Part shown: one piece after another, positions 40,259 through 51,390 of the stretch
How the letters are laid out: each line of letters opens with the position of its first letter
Numbering within the stretch: position 1 is the first letter of the stretch
Source: an uncultured Chloroflexia bacterium
Lineage (GTDB): Bacteria; Chloroflexota; Limnocylindria; QHBO01
DNA: 64,000 nucleotides
Assembly (NCBI GenBank): GCA_963750025.1
Contig: CAVVPF010000007.1
Span: 95,661 to 159,660, forward strand
Reading direction: 5' to 3'
The notes under the pieces: generated by a model
Told to the model about the DNA's origin: nothing
Database searches by the model: none
Seen by the model: only the letters and a program-made list of their open reading frames with translations
Made by a program: the position numbers and the translations under genes

Positions 40259-40512
40259 CCGATTCGAAGCCGACCGACGAGCTGGCCGGCCGTCCCTTCG
40301 AAGACCTGGTCGGCGAGCTGCAGCGAATCGTGCTGGCCCTGGAGGCCGGCAACCTGCCGCTGGAGGAGAGCATCGCCCGCTACCGGGAGGCGCTTCTGCT
40401 GCATGCCGCGGCCGAGGCCCGCCTGCGCGACGCCGAGCTGGCGATCTCGCAGCTTGGGCGCGGCCTCGACGAGGCAGCCCACGAGGCGGGCCCCGCCGAC
40501 AGCGAGGCCTGA
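40255..40512 (+). CDS. xseB: Exodeoxyribonuclease VII small subunit
   Basis: 85 aa. '[32 protein letters not shown]'. Start overlaps the xseA stop. Confidence 0.85.
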   Translation: MTDSKPTDELAGRPFEDLVGELQRIVLALEAGNLPLEESIARYREALLLHAAAEARLRDAELAISQLGRGLDEAAHEAGPADSEA

Positions 40513-40517
40513 GCCGC

Positions 40518-40738
40518 GTGGCCGATGCGGTGCGCGTGCGCCCGCCGCTGCCCTCTGACGCGGCTGCGCTCGCCGGGCTGGCCGCAGAACTGGGCTACCC
40601 GACCAGCTCGGAGGCGCTGCTTGGCCGACTTGCCGCGCTTCATCCGACCGATGCCGCCGGCGCGCGCATCGGTTCTATGCGCGCGAAGGGTACGTGGTGA
40701 ACAAGACGTCGTACTTCCTGACCAAGTCCCTCGACTGA
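40518..40738 (+). pseudogene. GNAT acetyltransferase remnant (N- and C-terminal ends only; core deleted and frameshifted)
   Basis: N-terminus 'VRVRPPLPSDAAALAGLAAELGYP'. The typical GNAT C-terminus 'ARHRFYAREGYVVNKTSYFLTKSLD*' is in a different frame and ends at TGA 40736-40738. About 70 codons in total. Confidence 0.5.
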
Positions 40739-40773
40739 CCTGGAGCCCGCCCTGGCATATACTTTCGCCCGCC

Positions 40774-42747
40774 GTGACGATCCTTGAGAGACTGACCGAT
40801 CCGGCCCAGCTGCGGGGCATGGCGCCGGACGACCTGGCAGCCCTGGCCACCGAGCTGCGCGAGAAGATGATCCGCACCGTGCAGCGCACCGGCGGGCACC
40901 TCGCCAGCTCGTTGGGAGTGGTCGAGATCACCCTTGCCCTCCACCGGGTGATGGACTCGCCGCGCGATCGGATCGTGTGGGACACCGGGCACCAGGCCTA
41001 TGCCCACAAGCTGCTCACCGGGCGGCTGGAGCGCTTCCACACCCTGCGCCAGTTGGATGGGGTGAGCGGCTTCCCGCGCCGCTCCGAGAGCGAGCACGAC
41101 GTCTTCGACGGGGGGCATGCCGGGACCGGTGTGAGCATCGCCGTCGGGCTGGCCGCGGCGCGCGATCTGCTCCCCGTCGGCGACCCGGGGCGACGGCAGC
41201 GGATCGCGGTCTGCGTCGGCGATGCAGCCCTGCAGAGCGGCCTCACCCTGGAGGCGCTCAATCACCTGGGCGACATGCGAAATCGACTCCTGATCGTGCT
41301 CAACGACAACGAGATGAGCATCAGTCCCAGCGTCGGCGGCCTGGCGACCAACCTGAACAAGCTGCGTCTCAGTCGTGCCTACCAGGAGACAAAGTCCGCC
41401 ACCGCTCGCCTGCTCCCGCGCGTGCCCCTGGTCGGGGGGCCGCTCTATCGTGGCCTGGCTTTCGCCAAGGAGGGCTTCAAGCGCTCATGGGCCAAGGTCG
41501 GCTTCTTCGAGGACATTGGCATCACCTATATCGGCGTTCTCGACGGCCATGACGTCGACGGAGATGGAGGAGGTCTTTGAGCGGGCGTTCGCGCTGCACG
41601 GGCCGGTGCTGGTGCACGTCAAGACGACCAAGGGCAAGGGTTATGGTCCCGCCGAGCTGGACAGCGTCAGCTTCCACGGTGCCTAGCTGCCGCCGATCGA
41701 CCTGTGCCTGATCGATCCGACCGAGGAGCCGCTGCCGCCGGTCAGCGAGCCGCGCCGTCGGCCCAAGACCTACACCGCCGCCTTCGGCGAGGAGCTGGTG
41801 CGCCTGCCGCAGCCGATGACGACGGATCTGCGCCATCACCGCCGGCATGCCCACCGGGACCGGCCTGTCGCGCTTCGCGGCGCGTTTCCCGTCGCGCTTC
41901 TTCGACGTGGGGATCGCCGAGCAGCACGCGGTCACCATGGCCGCCGGCCTGGCGCTGGGCGGCAAGCGGCCGGTGGTGGCGCTCTACTCGACCTTCAGCC
42001 AGCGCGCCTTCGACCAGCTGGTCCACGACGTCTGCCAGAACGACCTGCCGGTCCTGCTGGCGATCGACCGCGCCGGCCTGGTCGGCGAGGACGGGACGAG
42101 CCACCAGGGGATGTTCACGCTGCCCGCGCAGCGCGCCCTGCCGAACCTGGTGATCGGCTCGCCCAAGGACGAGCAGGAGCTGCGCGACATGGTGCTGACG
42201 GCGTTGCTGCATGAAGGGCCGGTCTCGCTGCATTACCCGCGCGACCCCGGCGAGGATCTCCCGACCGGGAAGGGGTGCGGCTCGAGATCGGGCGTGGGGA
42301 GGTGCTGCGGCCCGGCGGCGGACCTGCTGCTCGTCGGCTTCGGGCCGATCGTGCAGCGCCTGCTGGCGTGGCGGACGCCCTGCTGCGCCAGCACGGACTG
42401 CATGCCGGCGTGATCAACGCTCGCTGGGCCAAGCCGCTCGACGAGGCCCTGCTGGCCGCCAGCGCCTCCGGCTGCCGGCTGGTGGTGACCGCCGAGGAGA
42501 GCGCCGCCATGGGCGGCTTCGGCGACGGCGTGCTCGACGCGCTGAACCGGGCAGGGGTCCAGGGTTCCGCTGCTCAAGATGGCGCTGGCGGAAGGGTTCG
42601 TCCACCACGGCGCGGTCGACGACCTGCGGCGCCAGCAGCGGATCGACGTGCTCGGGATCCTGGCGCAGGTCCGCGAGGCGCTCGGGCCTGGCCCGCCCCG
42701 CAGCCGAGTCCCGCGGCCGAGCACCGTCGAGCGCCAGCGCCGCCTGA
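40774..42747 (+). pseudogene. dxs: 1-deoxy-D-xylulose-5-phosphate synthase, at least 6 frame switches and one in-frame TAG
   Basis: 'GGHLASSLGVVEITLALH', 'WDTGHQAYAHKLLTGR', 'GDAALQSGLTLEALN', 'DVGIAEQHAVTMAAGLA', 'DRAGLVGEDGTSHQG', 'INARWAKPLDE'. Pieces lie in ORFs 40525.., 41375.., 41847.., 42275.. and 42579... TAG at 41684-41686 follows 'SFHGA'. Confidence 0.88.
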
Positions 42748-42752
42748 CGGGC

Positions 42753-43543
42753 GTGACCCGCGTCCGCCTCGACCAGCTGCTCGTCGAGCGCGGCCTGGCC
42801 CCGAGCTCGCGCCGCGGCGCAGGCCCTCCTGCTCGCCGGGCGAGGTGGAGCTTGCGGAGCCGGCAGCCGGACCCTGAAGCCCGGCCAGCTGGTCGCCGGC
42901 CGATGCCGAGCTCGTCCTGCGACCGCGGCCGCGCTGGGCCTCCGCGCGCGGCGACAAGCTCGAGGCGGCGCTCGATGCGTTCGGCGTCGACCCCGCCGGA
43001 CTCGCCTGCCTGGACGCCGGCGCGTCGACCGGAGGCTTCACCGACGTGCTCCTGGAGCGTGGCGCTCGGATCGTGTACGCGGTCGACGTGGGTCGCGGCC
43101 AGCTCCTCGACCGGCTGCGACGCGATCCGCGGGTGGTCAGCATGGAGCGCACCAACCTGCGCGAGCTGCAGACGCTTCCGGAGCCGATCGACCTCGCCAC
43201 GCTCGACCTCTCGTTCATCTCACTGCGCCTCGTGCTGCCCGCGGTCCGCCGCCTGCTCGCGCGCGAGGGGCGGGTGATCGCCCTGGTCAAGCCGCAGTTC
43301 GAGGCCGGCCGCGAGGCGGTCCCGCGCGGCGGCGTGGTGCGCGATCCGGCGGTCCACCGGCAGGTGCTGGCGCAGTTCGGCGTCGACGCCGCCGGTGCAG
43401 GCTTCTCTCCGCTGGCGCTGATCCGCTCGCCGATCAACGGGTCGGACGGCAACGTCGAGTTTCTGGCGCTGCTCGCCCCCGCAGGGCCCGCCGAAGCCGG
43501 CTGGGGCGACCTGGTCGCACGCCTGATGACCTCGTCGCCCTGA
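42753..43543 (+). pseudogene. tlyA: TlyA-family 23S/16S rRNA (cytidine-2'-O)-methyltransferase, about 2 frameshifts
   Basis: S4 'RVRLDQLLVERGLA'; 'SRAAAQALLLAG' and 'LKPGQLVA' in a second frame; 'ARGDKLEAALDAFGV..LDAGASTGGFTDVLLERGA..VYAVDVGRGQL..LVKPQFEAGR' in a third (ORF 43046..43543). Confidence 0.8.
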
Positions 43544-43556
43544 GCGGCGTACTACG

Positions 43557-43886
43557 ATGCGGTCGATGAAGCGAAAGAGCCCCACGACCGGGGAGCAGCT
43601 GAGCGCCTTCGAGGAGCTGGCCGCGGTGCCGCCGGTGGTGCACGAGCTGGCCCCCGACACGATGCGCCAGATCGTCTCGCTGCGCATGCCCGATGCTCTG
43701 CTGGCGCGGGTCGAGGAGGTGGCGCACGCCCGCGGCGTCTCGCCATCGGGGCTCATGCGGGCGCTGATCGCCGCCGGACTGGATCGTTCCTACGCGGCGG
43801 TGACGCCCGACGAGCTGGCCGCCGAGCTGGCCGCGCTGCGCCGGTCGATCGAGGAGGTCGCTACGCGGCTTCGGAACGGGGGCTAG
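43557..43886 (+). CDS. Ribbon-helix-helix (CopG-like) domain protein
   Basis: 'VSLRMPDALLARVEEVAHARGVSPSGLMRALIAAGL'. Confidence 0.55.
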   Translation: MRSMKRKSPTTGEQLSAFEELAAVPPVVHELAPDTMRQIVSLRMPDALLARVEEVAHARGVSPSGLMRALIAAGLDRSYAAVTPDELAAELAALRRSIEEVATRLRNGG

Positions 43887-44720
43887 GTGCGCCTCGGATT
43901 CGCCTACAACCTCACCAACCCGGACGCACGTGACGTCCTGGGGCGGGCGCTGGCCTGGTGCGCCGCGCACGGCGCGGAGGCGTGGCAGTCGCCGGCCGAT
44001 GACCGGGCGCAGATTGCCGCCGGCTGCATCGGCAGCGATCTCGTGTGTGTGCTCGGTGGCGACGGGACCTTCCTGCGCACCGCGCGGGCGATCGGTGACT
44101 CCGGGGTGCTGACGCTCGGCGTGAACCTCGGCCGCATCGGGTTTCTGGCCAAGGTGGAGATGGGTGACCTGGAGCGCGCGCTCGACCAGGTGGCAGCGGG
44201 CGACTACGCGCTCGAGGAGCGGTTTCGGATCGCGGCCACCCTGCTGCGCGCCAATGGTGAGCGCGAGGAGCACGCCTGCCTGAACGACGTGGTGGTGGCT
44301 CGCGGCGGCCGAGTGCGGCTGATCCAGGTGGAGGTGGAGATCAGCGAGAGCCACCTGACCACCTATGCGGCCGACGCGGTGGTGGTGGCCACCCCGACCG
44401 GGTCGACCGCGTACTCCTTCAGCGCCGGCGGCTCGATTCTCGACCCGCAGCTGCGCAACATGATCGTCACCCCGGTGGCCGCCTACCTGTCGCCGATCCG
44501 CAGCGTGGTGGTCGGTGAGCAGCACGTGGTGCGGCTGACCCTGCGGCTCGCCGCGGCGGCGGCGGTGATCAGCCTGGACGGGCAATGGGAGATCCCGATG
44601 CAGGTCGGGGAGACGCTGGAGGTACGTGCCCTGCCGGTCCCCCTGCGCATGGTGCAGCCGACTGGCAGCACCCCGTTCTACGACCTGCTGCGCACCAAAT
44701 CCTCGCTCCTCCCGTACTGA
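43887..44720 (+). CDS. nadK: NAD kinase
   Basis: 'VCVLGGDGTFLRTAR', 'GVNLGRIGFLA', 'NDVVV', 'VVVATPTGSTAYSFSAGGSIL'. Confidence 0.9.
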   Translation: MRLGFAYNLTNPDARDVLGRALAWCAAHGAEAWQSPADDRAQIAAGCIGSDLVCVLGGDGTFLRTARAIGDSGVLTLGVNLGRIGFLAKVEMGDLERALDQVAAGDYALEERFRIAATLLRANGEREEHACLNDVVVARGGRVRLIQVEVEISESHLTTYAADAVVVATPTGSTAYSFSAGGSILDPQLRNMIVTPVAAYLSPIRSVVVGEQHVVRLTLRLAAAAAVISLDGQWEIPMQVGETLEVRALPVPLRMVQPTGSTPFYDLLRTKSSLLPY

Positions 44721-44723
44721 CCG

Positions 44724-46383
44724 ATGTCGCTCGTCGAGCTGTCGGTCGAGAACCTGGCGGTCATCGAGCGAGTGCGGCTGCCCCTGGTCCGCGGCTTCAC
44801 GGTGCTCACCGGGGAGACCGGCGCCGGCAAGTCGCTCCTCGTCGACGCCCTGGCGCTGGCGCTGGGCGCGCGTGCCTCTGTTGACCAGGTGCGAAGCGGG
44901 GCAGACGCCGCGCGGGTGGAGGCGGTCTTCGACGGGGTCGAGCCGCTGCCTGATGACCCTCTCGCTGAGCTGCTGGCGGCAGGCGACGGCCTGGCCATCC
45001 TGCGGCGGGAGGTGAGTGCCGATGGGCGCTCCCTCGCCCGGGTCAACGAGCGGACGGTCACCATCGGGAGCCTGGCCGAGCTCGGCACGCGGTTGGCCGA
45101 GATCCACGGACAGCATGAGCAGCAGCGGCTGCTGGTGCCGGAGCGTCAGCTGGCCCTTCTCGACCGGTTTGGAGGACACCAACCGGCGCTGGCCGCGGTG
45201 GCGTCCGATTTCCGCGCCTGGCGTGCCACTCGGGCCGAGGCGAGCGAGCTGCTGACCGATGCCCACGAGCTCGCCAGACGCGTTGAGTTGCTCAGCCACC
45301 AGGTCGATCGAGCTCACTGCGGCGGGCCTGCGTCCCGGGGAGGACGAGGAGCTCGAAGGAAAGCTGCGCAGCGCGACCAACGCCGAGGAGATTGCGAGGG
45401 CGGCCGATGCCGCGTCCCACGCCCTCGTCGATGAGGGAGGCGGCCTGGACGCGTTGCGAAGCGCCAGGTCGGCGCTGGCCGGCGCGGCGCAGCACGACGA
45501 GCGCTTCGGCGAGCTGCTGGAGCGCGCCCGGTCGCTCGAGGCAGAGGCGACCGAGCTGGCTCGCGACGCTGCCGACCTCGCGGAGCGGGTTGAGCTCGAC
45601 CCGCGTGCCCGTGCCGCGGCCGAGGAACGGCTGGCGCTCATCTATGACCTGAAGCGCAAATACGGGGAGACGATCAACGGGGTGCTCGCCTTCGGAGCGA
45701 CCGCGCAGGCAGAGCTGGAGCGTCTCGAGGACCAGGAGGGTCTGCGGGAGCGTCTGCGCACAGAGGAGGAGCAAAGGAGGGCCGCTCTCGAGGCCTCTGC
45801 GACGGAGCTGACCGCGGCCCGGCGCCGGACGGCCGCCCTGCTGGCTGAGCGGGTCAACCTCGAGCTTCCGCCGCTGGGGCTCCCCGGCGGCGCTTTTGGG
45901 GTCGAGGTCAGCCCGTTCGAGATCGGCGCCAGCGGCGGCGATCGGGTCGAGTTCACCTTCGCCCCGAACCCCGGCGAGCCACCGCGACCCCTGGGCCGGA
46001 TCGCGTCGGGAGGGGAGGCGAGTCGCCTGTCGCTGGCGCTCAAGGTGGTGCTGGCGGAGGCAGACGAGACGCCGGTCCTGATCTTCGATGAGGTTGACGC
46101 CGGGGTGGGCGGCCGCAACGGCGCAGCGCTTGGCGAGCGGCTCAAGGCGCTGTCGAGGTTTCACCAGGTGCTGTGCGTGACCCACCTCGCCCAGGTGGCA
46201 GCCTTCGCCGATGCCCATCTCCACGTCGGCAAGCGCGTGGTCGATGGGCGGACCATCGCCGATGCCACCCTGCTCGACGCCGATGGGCGCAGGACCGAGC
46301 TGGCGGCGATGCTGGCTGGCGAGGGAGCCGGCAGCGAGGCCCAGGCGGTGGCGCAGGCGCTGCTGCGCGCCGCGGCGCGATGA
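44724..46383 (+). pseudogene. recN: DNA repair protein RecN, one frameshift near 45308
   Basis: Walker A 'LTGETGAGKSLLVDAL'; 'IHGQHEQQ'; after 'LLSHQVD' continues as 'IELTAAGLRPGEDEELE' in ORF 45259..46383; 'SGGEASRLSLALK', 'LIFDEVDAGVGG'. Confidence 0.9.
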
Positions 46384-47276
46384 ACGCAACTGCGGATCCC
46401 TCGCTGCTCGCCGCCATCGAGGGATTCCTTGGCGAGATCCGGGTCGAACGCGGCCTCTCGCCGTTGACGGTGGCTGCCTACCGACGTGACCTCGCCCAGT
46501 TCGCCGCGGGCGCCGGAGGGGGCTGGCGCAGCGACCCGGAGCCGGTCCGCGACTTTGTCAACGGGCTGCGGCGGGCGGGCAGGCGGCCGAGCACCCAGGC
46601 GCGCAAGGTGGCGGCGATTCGCAGCTTCTACGGCTTCGCGCTGCGGGAGGGGCTGGCGCAGCGGGATGTGGCCGCGCTGCTCGACGCGCCGCGGCCGGGG
46701 AGCTACCTGCCGGACGTGCTGGCCGCCGATGAGGTGGCCCGCATCCTCGACGTGCCACCACCCGATCAGCCAGTGGGGATTCGCGATCGCGCCATCCTGG
46801 AGCTGCTCTACGCCTGCGGTCTGCGAGTGAGCGAGCTGACCGGTCTCGAAACCGATCGCCTGGATCTGCCCGGGCTCCAGGTGCGGGTGATCGGGAAGGG
46901 GAATCGCGAGCGACGCGTGCCGATGGGCGAGGAGGCGCGCGAGCGTCTGCACCGGTACCTGTCCGGCCCACGCGTCGCGTGGACTGCCGGGCGGCCATCC
47001 GGGGCGGTCTTCGTCAGCCAGCGTGGGGCGCGGCTGGCCCGCGAATCGGTCTGGCGGCTGGTCCGGCATTGGGCGCAGGTGGCGGGTATCAGCGCCCGGG
47101 TGACGCCGCACACCTTCCGGCACAGTTTCGCGACGCATCTGCTGGAGGGCGGAGCCGACCTGCGGGTGGTCCAGACCCTGCTCGGCCATGCTAGCATCAG
47201 CACGACCCAGCTTTACACTCACCTGACCGGCGAGCGTCTCCGCGAGGTCTACACGCGGGCGCATCCACGAGCCTGA
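46380..47276 (+). CDS. xerD: Site-specific tyrosine recombinase XerD-type
   Basis: ATG overlaps the recN stop. 'ERGLSPLTVAAYRRDL', 'ACGLRVSELTGL', 'GKGNRERRVP', 'HTFRHSFATHLLEGGADLRVVQTLLGHASISTTQLYTH'. Confidence 0.88.
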   Translation: MNATADPSLLAAIEGFLGEIRVERGLSPLTVAAYRRDLAQFAAGAGGGWRSDPEPVRDFVNGLRRAGRRPSTQARKVAAIRSFYGFALREGLAQRDVAALLDAPRPGSYLPDVLAADEVARILDVPPPDQPVGIRDRAILELLYACGLRVSELTGLETDRLDLPGLQVRVIGKGNRERRVPMGEEARERLHRYLSGPRVAWTAGRPSGAVFVSQRGARLARESVWRLVRHWAQVAGISARVTPHTFRHSFATHLLEGGADLRVVQTLLGHASISTTQLYTHLTGERLREVYTRAHPRA

Positions 47277-47295
47277 CCATCAGCGGAGCATTCCG

Positions 47296-48096
47296 ATGAG
47301 TTACGCGCGAAACCTCCTCAGCCGCGGCGAGGAGGTCGTCTTCGAGAGCCGCCAGCACTGGTTCGCGGTGCTCGGCGTGACATGGCCGTTCGTGCTGGCC
47401 ACGATCCTGGCCTTCGCCATCCTGATCTGGCAGACCACCTCCGCGGCGACCAGCCTCACCGGGTTCCTCCAGGTGGTCTCGCTGCTCGTCGCTGGTCGGG
47501 TCGCTGGCCCGCATCGGCCTCAAGATCTGGGCCTGGCGCAACCAGGAATATTTCGTCACCACGCGGCGCCTGATCAAGGCAGAGGGGATCTTCAACAAGG
47601 AGATGGCCGACTCGGGCCTCGAGAAGATCAACGATGCGCACCTGACCCAGAGCTGGCTCGGGCGCATCTTCGACTACGGCACTCTGGACATCCTGACCGC
47701 GGCGGACGAGTCGGCCGGGATCCAGGACTACGCGATGCTGGCGGATCCGATCAAGTTCAAGATCGCCATGCTCAACCAGAAGGAGCGGCTCGAGCGGCCC
47801 GACCTGGCGCCACCGCCGCGCATGCAGGGCTCGTCCGCCATGCCCTCGATGCAGCGCGCCGAGCCGATGCCGCCCAGGGCCGGTTCGGATCGCGTTGCCG
47901 AGGTGCCGTTCCACGAGCCGCCGCCGCCATTCGCCCCGGCCCCTGCTCCGCGGCTGCGCCTGCAGCCGCACCGGCCATGTCAGTGGGGGAGCAGCTGGCA
48001 GCCACCCTTGAGAGCCTGGCGGCGCTGCGCGACAAGGGGCTGATCACCCCCGAGGAATACGAAAGCAAGAAGCGCGACCTGCTGGAGCGCATGTAG
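47296..48096 (+). pseudogene. bPH_2 (YdbT-like PH) domain membrane protein with C-terminal SHOCT, two frameshifts
   Basis: 'LLSRGEEVVFESRQHWF' plus TM in frame 1; 'LARIGLKIWAWRNQEYFVTTRRLIKAEGIFNKEMADSGLEKINDAHLTQSWLGRIFDYGTLDI' in frame 2; returns to frame 1 for 'LAALRDKGLITPEEYESKKRDLLERM'. Confidence 0.6.
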
Positions 48097-48130
48097 GTGG
48101 AGCGGCCCCGCCGCCGCCCTCGCCGACGGG

Positions 48131-48983
48131 GTGTACGGGGCAGAGCTGGAGCGGAGGGTCGACGAGGCCGCGGCGGCGATCCGCAACCGACTGGCGGTCG
48201 TCCCCGAGCTGCATCAGCCCGCGCCTGGCTTTCGTGCTGGGCTCCGGGCTGGGCGGCGTGGTCCAGCTCCTGGATCGCGATCCCCGGGTATGGATCCCGT
48301 ATGGGGAGATCCCGAATGTGCCGGGCGCCACGGTGGAGGGGCATGCCGGCGAGCTGGTCGCCGGCCTCGCGAGCGGAATCCCCACGCTGGTCCTGTCCGG
48401 GCGGGCGCATCCCTACGAAGGCTGGTCGCACCGGGAAGTGACGGTGCTGCTGCGCGCCTGCCTGAGCCTGGGGATCGAGACCGTGGTGGTCACCAGTGCC
48501 GCCGGCGGCATCAACCCGTCCTTCGAGCCAGGCGACGTGATGCTGATCACCGACACCATCAACCTGTCGGGTGATAGCCCCTTGCGCGGACCGAACCTTG
48601 ACCGCTTCGGCCCACGCTTCCTGGCCATGACCGATCCGTTCGACCGCGCACTGCTGGCCGACACCCGCGCCGCGGCCGGCAAGGCTGGCGTCACCCTGCG
48701 CGAAGGCGTCTACCTGATGCTCTCCGGCCCGAGCTACGAGACCCGGGCCGAGCTGCGCATGCTGCGCACGCTGGGGGCCGATGCGGTCGGCATGTCGACC
48801 GTGCCCGAGGTGATGGTGGCCCGCCACCACGGAGCCCGGGTCCTGGGCTTCAGCCTGATCACCAACAAGGCGACCCCGGAGATGGAGGGCGAGGTGACCC
48901 ACGAGGAAGTGCTGGCCATGGGACCGATCGGCGCCGCCCACCTCCTGGCGCTCCTGCGGGAGCTGCTGCCGGGGCTGGCCTGA
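48131..48983 (+). pseudogene. punA: Purine nucleoside phosphorylase (PunA type), one frameshift near 48215
   Basis: '..AAAAIRNRL..HQP|RLAFVLGSGLGG', 'VEGHAGELV', 'SGRAHPYEGW', 'TSAAGGIN', 'SGPSYETRAE', 'GADAVGMSTVPE', 'SLITNKA'. Confidence 0.85.
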
Positions 48984-49616
48984 TGCTCTTCGGCAACGCG
49001 TCGCTGCCGGTCCTGATCGGGGTCGCGATCGCGCTGGTGGTGGGGATCACCTTCCACGAGTTCAGCCACGCCTTCAGCGCCGATCAGCTCGGCGACCACC
49101 GTCCCAGGGCGCTGGGGCGCGTCAGCCTCAATCCGCTGCGGCACCTCGACCCGCTGGGCTCCCTCTTCGTCCTGATCGCCGGATTCGGCTGGGGCAAGCC
49201 GGTTCCGGTCAACGCCTACGCCCTGCGACCGGGCCGCATCGGCATGACCGTGGTCGCGATTGCCGGGCCGATCGCCAACTTCACGGTGGCGGTGCTGGCC
49301 GCGCTGCTCTTCCGCGGGTTTGATGCCGCCGGCCTGCTCGGCGGCGAATTCGGCCGCACCGTCGTCTTCTACGTCGTCTACGTCAACCTGGCGCTGGCGA
49401 TTCTTCAACCTGATTCCGATTCCGCCGATGGATGGGTACAACGGCTTGCTGCCGCTCCTGCCACCGCGCCAGGCGTTCACCGTGCAGCGCTATGCGCAGT
49501 ACGGGTTCCTGGTGCTGTTGGCGTTGGTGGTCCTCTCGTATGGCAGCTCGGGTGGGCCACTGAACTGGCTCTTCGGACTGGTCGGCGATCTCACGGCGGT
49601 GATGACCGGTGCATAG
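48983..49616 (+). pseudogene. Site-2 protease family (M50) membrane metalloprotease, one frameshift near 49400
   Basis: HExxH 'FHEFSHAFSA'; 'NPLRHLDPLG'; after 'VYVNLALA' continues 'FFNLIPIPPMDGYN' in ORF 49260..49616. Confidence 0.75.
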
Positions 49617-50095
49617 GGTCGTGCAGTTCTTCGGTCATCTCACCGCCCGGGTCAGCCCGCTGGAGGCCGAGCTCGCCCGGCGCATCCTGTCCGCCGACAG
49701 CCGGCCCCTCTTCGAGGCGATGCCAGTGGCGGATCGGCGGCATGCCCTCGACGTCGTGCAGCGGCTGCTGGCCGGCGGCCACGACGACCCTGATCTGCTG
49801 GCCGCCGCCCTGCTGCACGACGCCGCCAAGGGGCCTCGTCTGCGACTCTGGCATCGGGTCGCCGGGGTCCTGCTGCAGGCGGTGGCCCCGCGCCTGCTGG
49901 CCCGCCTCGGATCGGCCGATCGAGCGCTCGGCGCGCTATCCGTTCCACCTCTACCTGCACCACGCCGAGATCTCGGCGAACGCCGCGATGGCGGCCGGCT
50001 GCTCCGCCCGGACCGCGGCCATGATTCGCGGGCAGGCGAGCCCGGGGGACCTCGGGTTGGCGGCCGCCCTGGCCGCCGCAGACGAGGCAAGCTAG
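49609..50095 (+). pseudogene. HD domain protein, one frameshift near 49915
   Basis: 'RRHALDVVQRLL', 'AALLHDAAKG'. The C-terminal 'ERSARYPFHLYLHHAEISANAA' lies in the frame of ORF 48983..50095. Confidence 0.55.
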
Positions 50096-50099
50096 CCCG

Positions 50100-50874
50100 A
50101 TGCCGCTCGAGCCGATCCCGATGGCGGTTCCCGAACCGCCGGTCGCCGTGGCAATCAACCCCGGCGAGTCTGCGTTCGAAGTTCGCCTGCCGGTCTTCTC
50201 CGGCCCGCTCGGCCTGCTCCTGCACCTGATCGAATCGCGCCAGCTGGAGATCCTGACCGTGCCGCTGGCGGAGGTGGCCGATGCCTACGTCGCCTACCTC
50301 GCCGCGAACCCGGTCGACGCGAAGGAGCTGTCCGAGTTCGTGGCGATCGCCGCCCAGCTGATCCTGCTGAAGTCCCGCCGTATGCTGCCCGGTGAACCAC
50401 TCCCGCCATCGTCCGAGCCGGCGGACGAGGCAGATGAAGAGGAGCTGCGCCGCCGCCTGATCGAGTACCGCTCGCTGCGGGATGCCGCTCGATCGCTCGG
50501 CGAGCGTGACCTGGTCTCGCCGCTGCATCCGTCGTCAGCCGCGCCCGTCGGACCTGCCGGAGATGCCGGCGCCGCCGCTCGACGTGGCGCTGCTGGTGGA
50601 AGCCATGGCCCTGCTGGCGGCGATCCGCGAGCCGGAGGAGCCGGCTCCGGAGATCGTGGCGCGCGAGATCACCATCGGGATGCAGATCACGGCACTGCGC
50701 ACCGCGATGGCCCGCACCGGCCGGGTGGTGCTGCAGCAGCTCCTGGCGACCTGCCGATCGCGGACCGAGGCCACGGTCACCGTGCTGGCCACCCTGGAGC
50801 TGGTGCGCCGCCGCCAGGTGCGGGTCGAGCAGGATGAGCTGTTCGGCCCGATCCTGATCGAGGTGATCGGATGA
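50100..50874 (+). pseudogene. scpA: Segregation and condensation protein A, one frameshift near 50520
   Basis: 'FEVRLPVFSGPLGLLLHLIESRQLEILTVPLAEVADAY', 'FVAIAAQLILLKSRRMLP'. C-terminal 'TVTVLATLELVRRRQVRVEQDELFGPILI' lies in ORF 50482..50874. Confidence 0.85.
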
Positions 50875-51390
50875 GTGTCGATCGAGCTACGCGCCTTCCT
50901 CGAGGCGCTCCTGTTCGTCGCTGAACGGCCATTGACCACGGCGGAGATGGCGGAGCTCGGCGGCGTGTCCGCGCCTTCAGGCGGAGGCGAGCCTGGCAGG
51001 GCTCGCCGAGGAGATGGTCGATGCCGGTCGCGGGCTGCGCCTCCAGCGCCTTCATGACGCCTGGCAGATGGTCACCGCGCCGGAGGTCGGGGAGCGGCTG
51101 GCCGCCTACGCCTCGCGTGCCGAGGCGAGGCTGACGCCCGCTGCCCTGGAAGCGCTGGCGGTGGTCGCCTATCGGCAACCCTGCACCCGCGGCGAGGTTG
51201 ATCGGGTACGCGGCGTCGATTCCGACTACGTCATGCGCTCGCTGCTGCATCGGCGCCTGATGGCCAGGAGGTTGGTCGGCGCGACACGCCCGGCCGGCCC
51301 ATCCTGTACGGCACCAGCTTCGCCTTCCTGGAGCGCTTCGGGCTCACCTCGCTCGACAACCTGCCGGTCCTGGCGGCCGATGCCGGCTGA
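50875..51390 (+). pseudogene. scpB: Segregation and condensation protein B, about 2 frameshifts
   Basis: 'LRAFLEALLFVAERPLTTAEMAEL' | '[71 protein letters not shown]' | '[25 protein letters not shown]' in a third frame. TGA at 51388-51390. Confidence 0.8.

Noticed and set aside
43434-45641. 735-aa minus-strand ORF antisense to nadK and recN
   Set aside because: Same reasoning: low-complexity Arg/Ala/Pro translation opposite genes with strong homology signatures.
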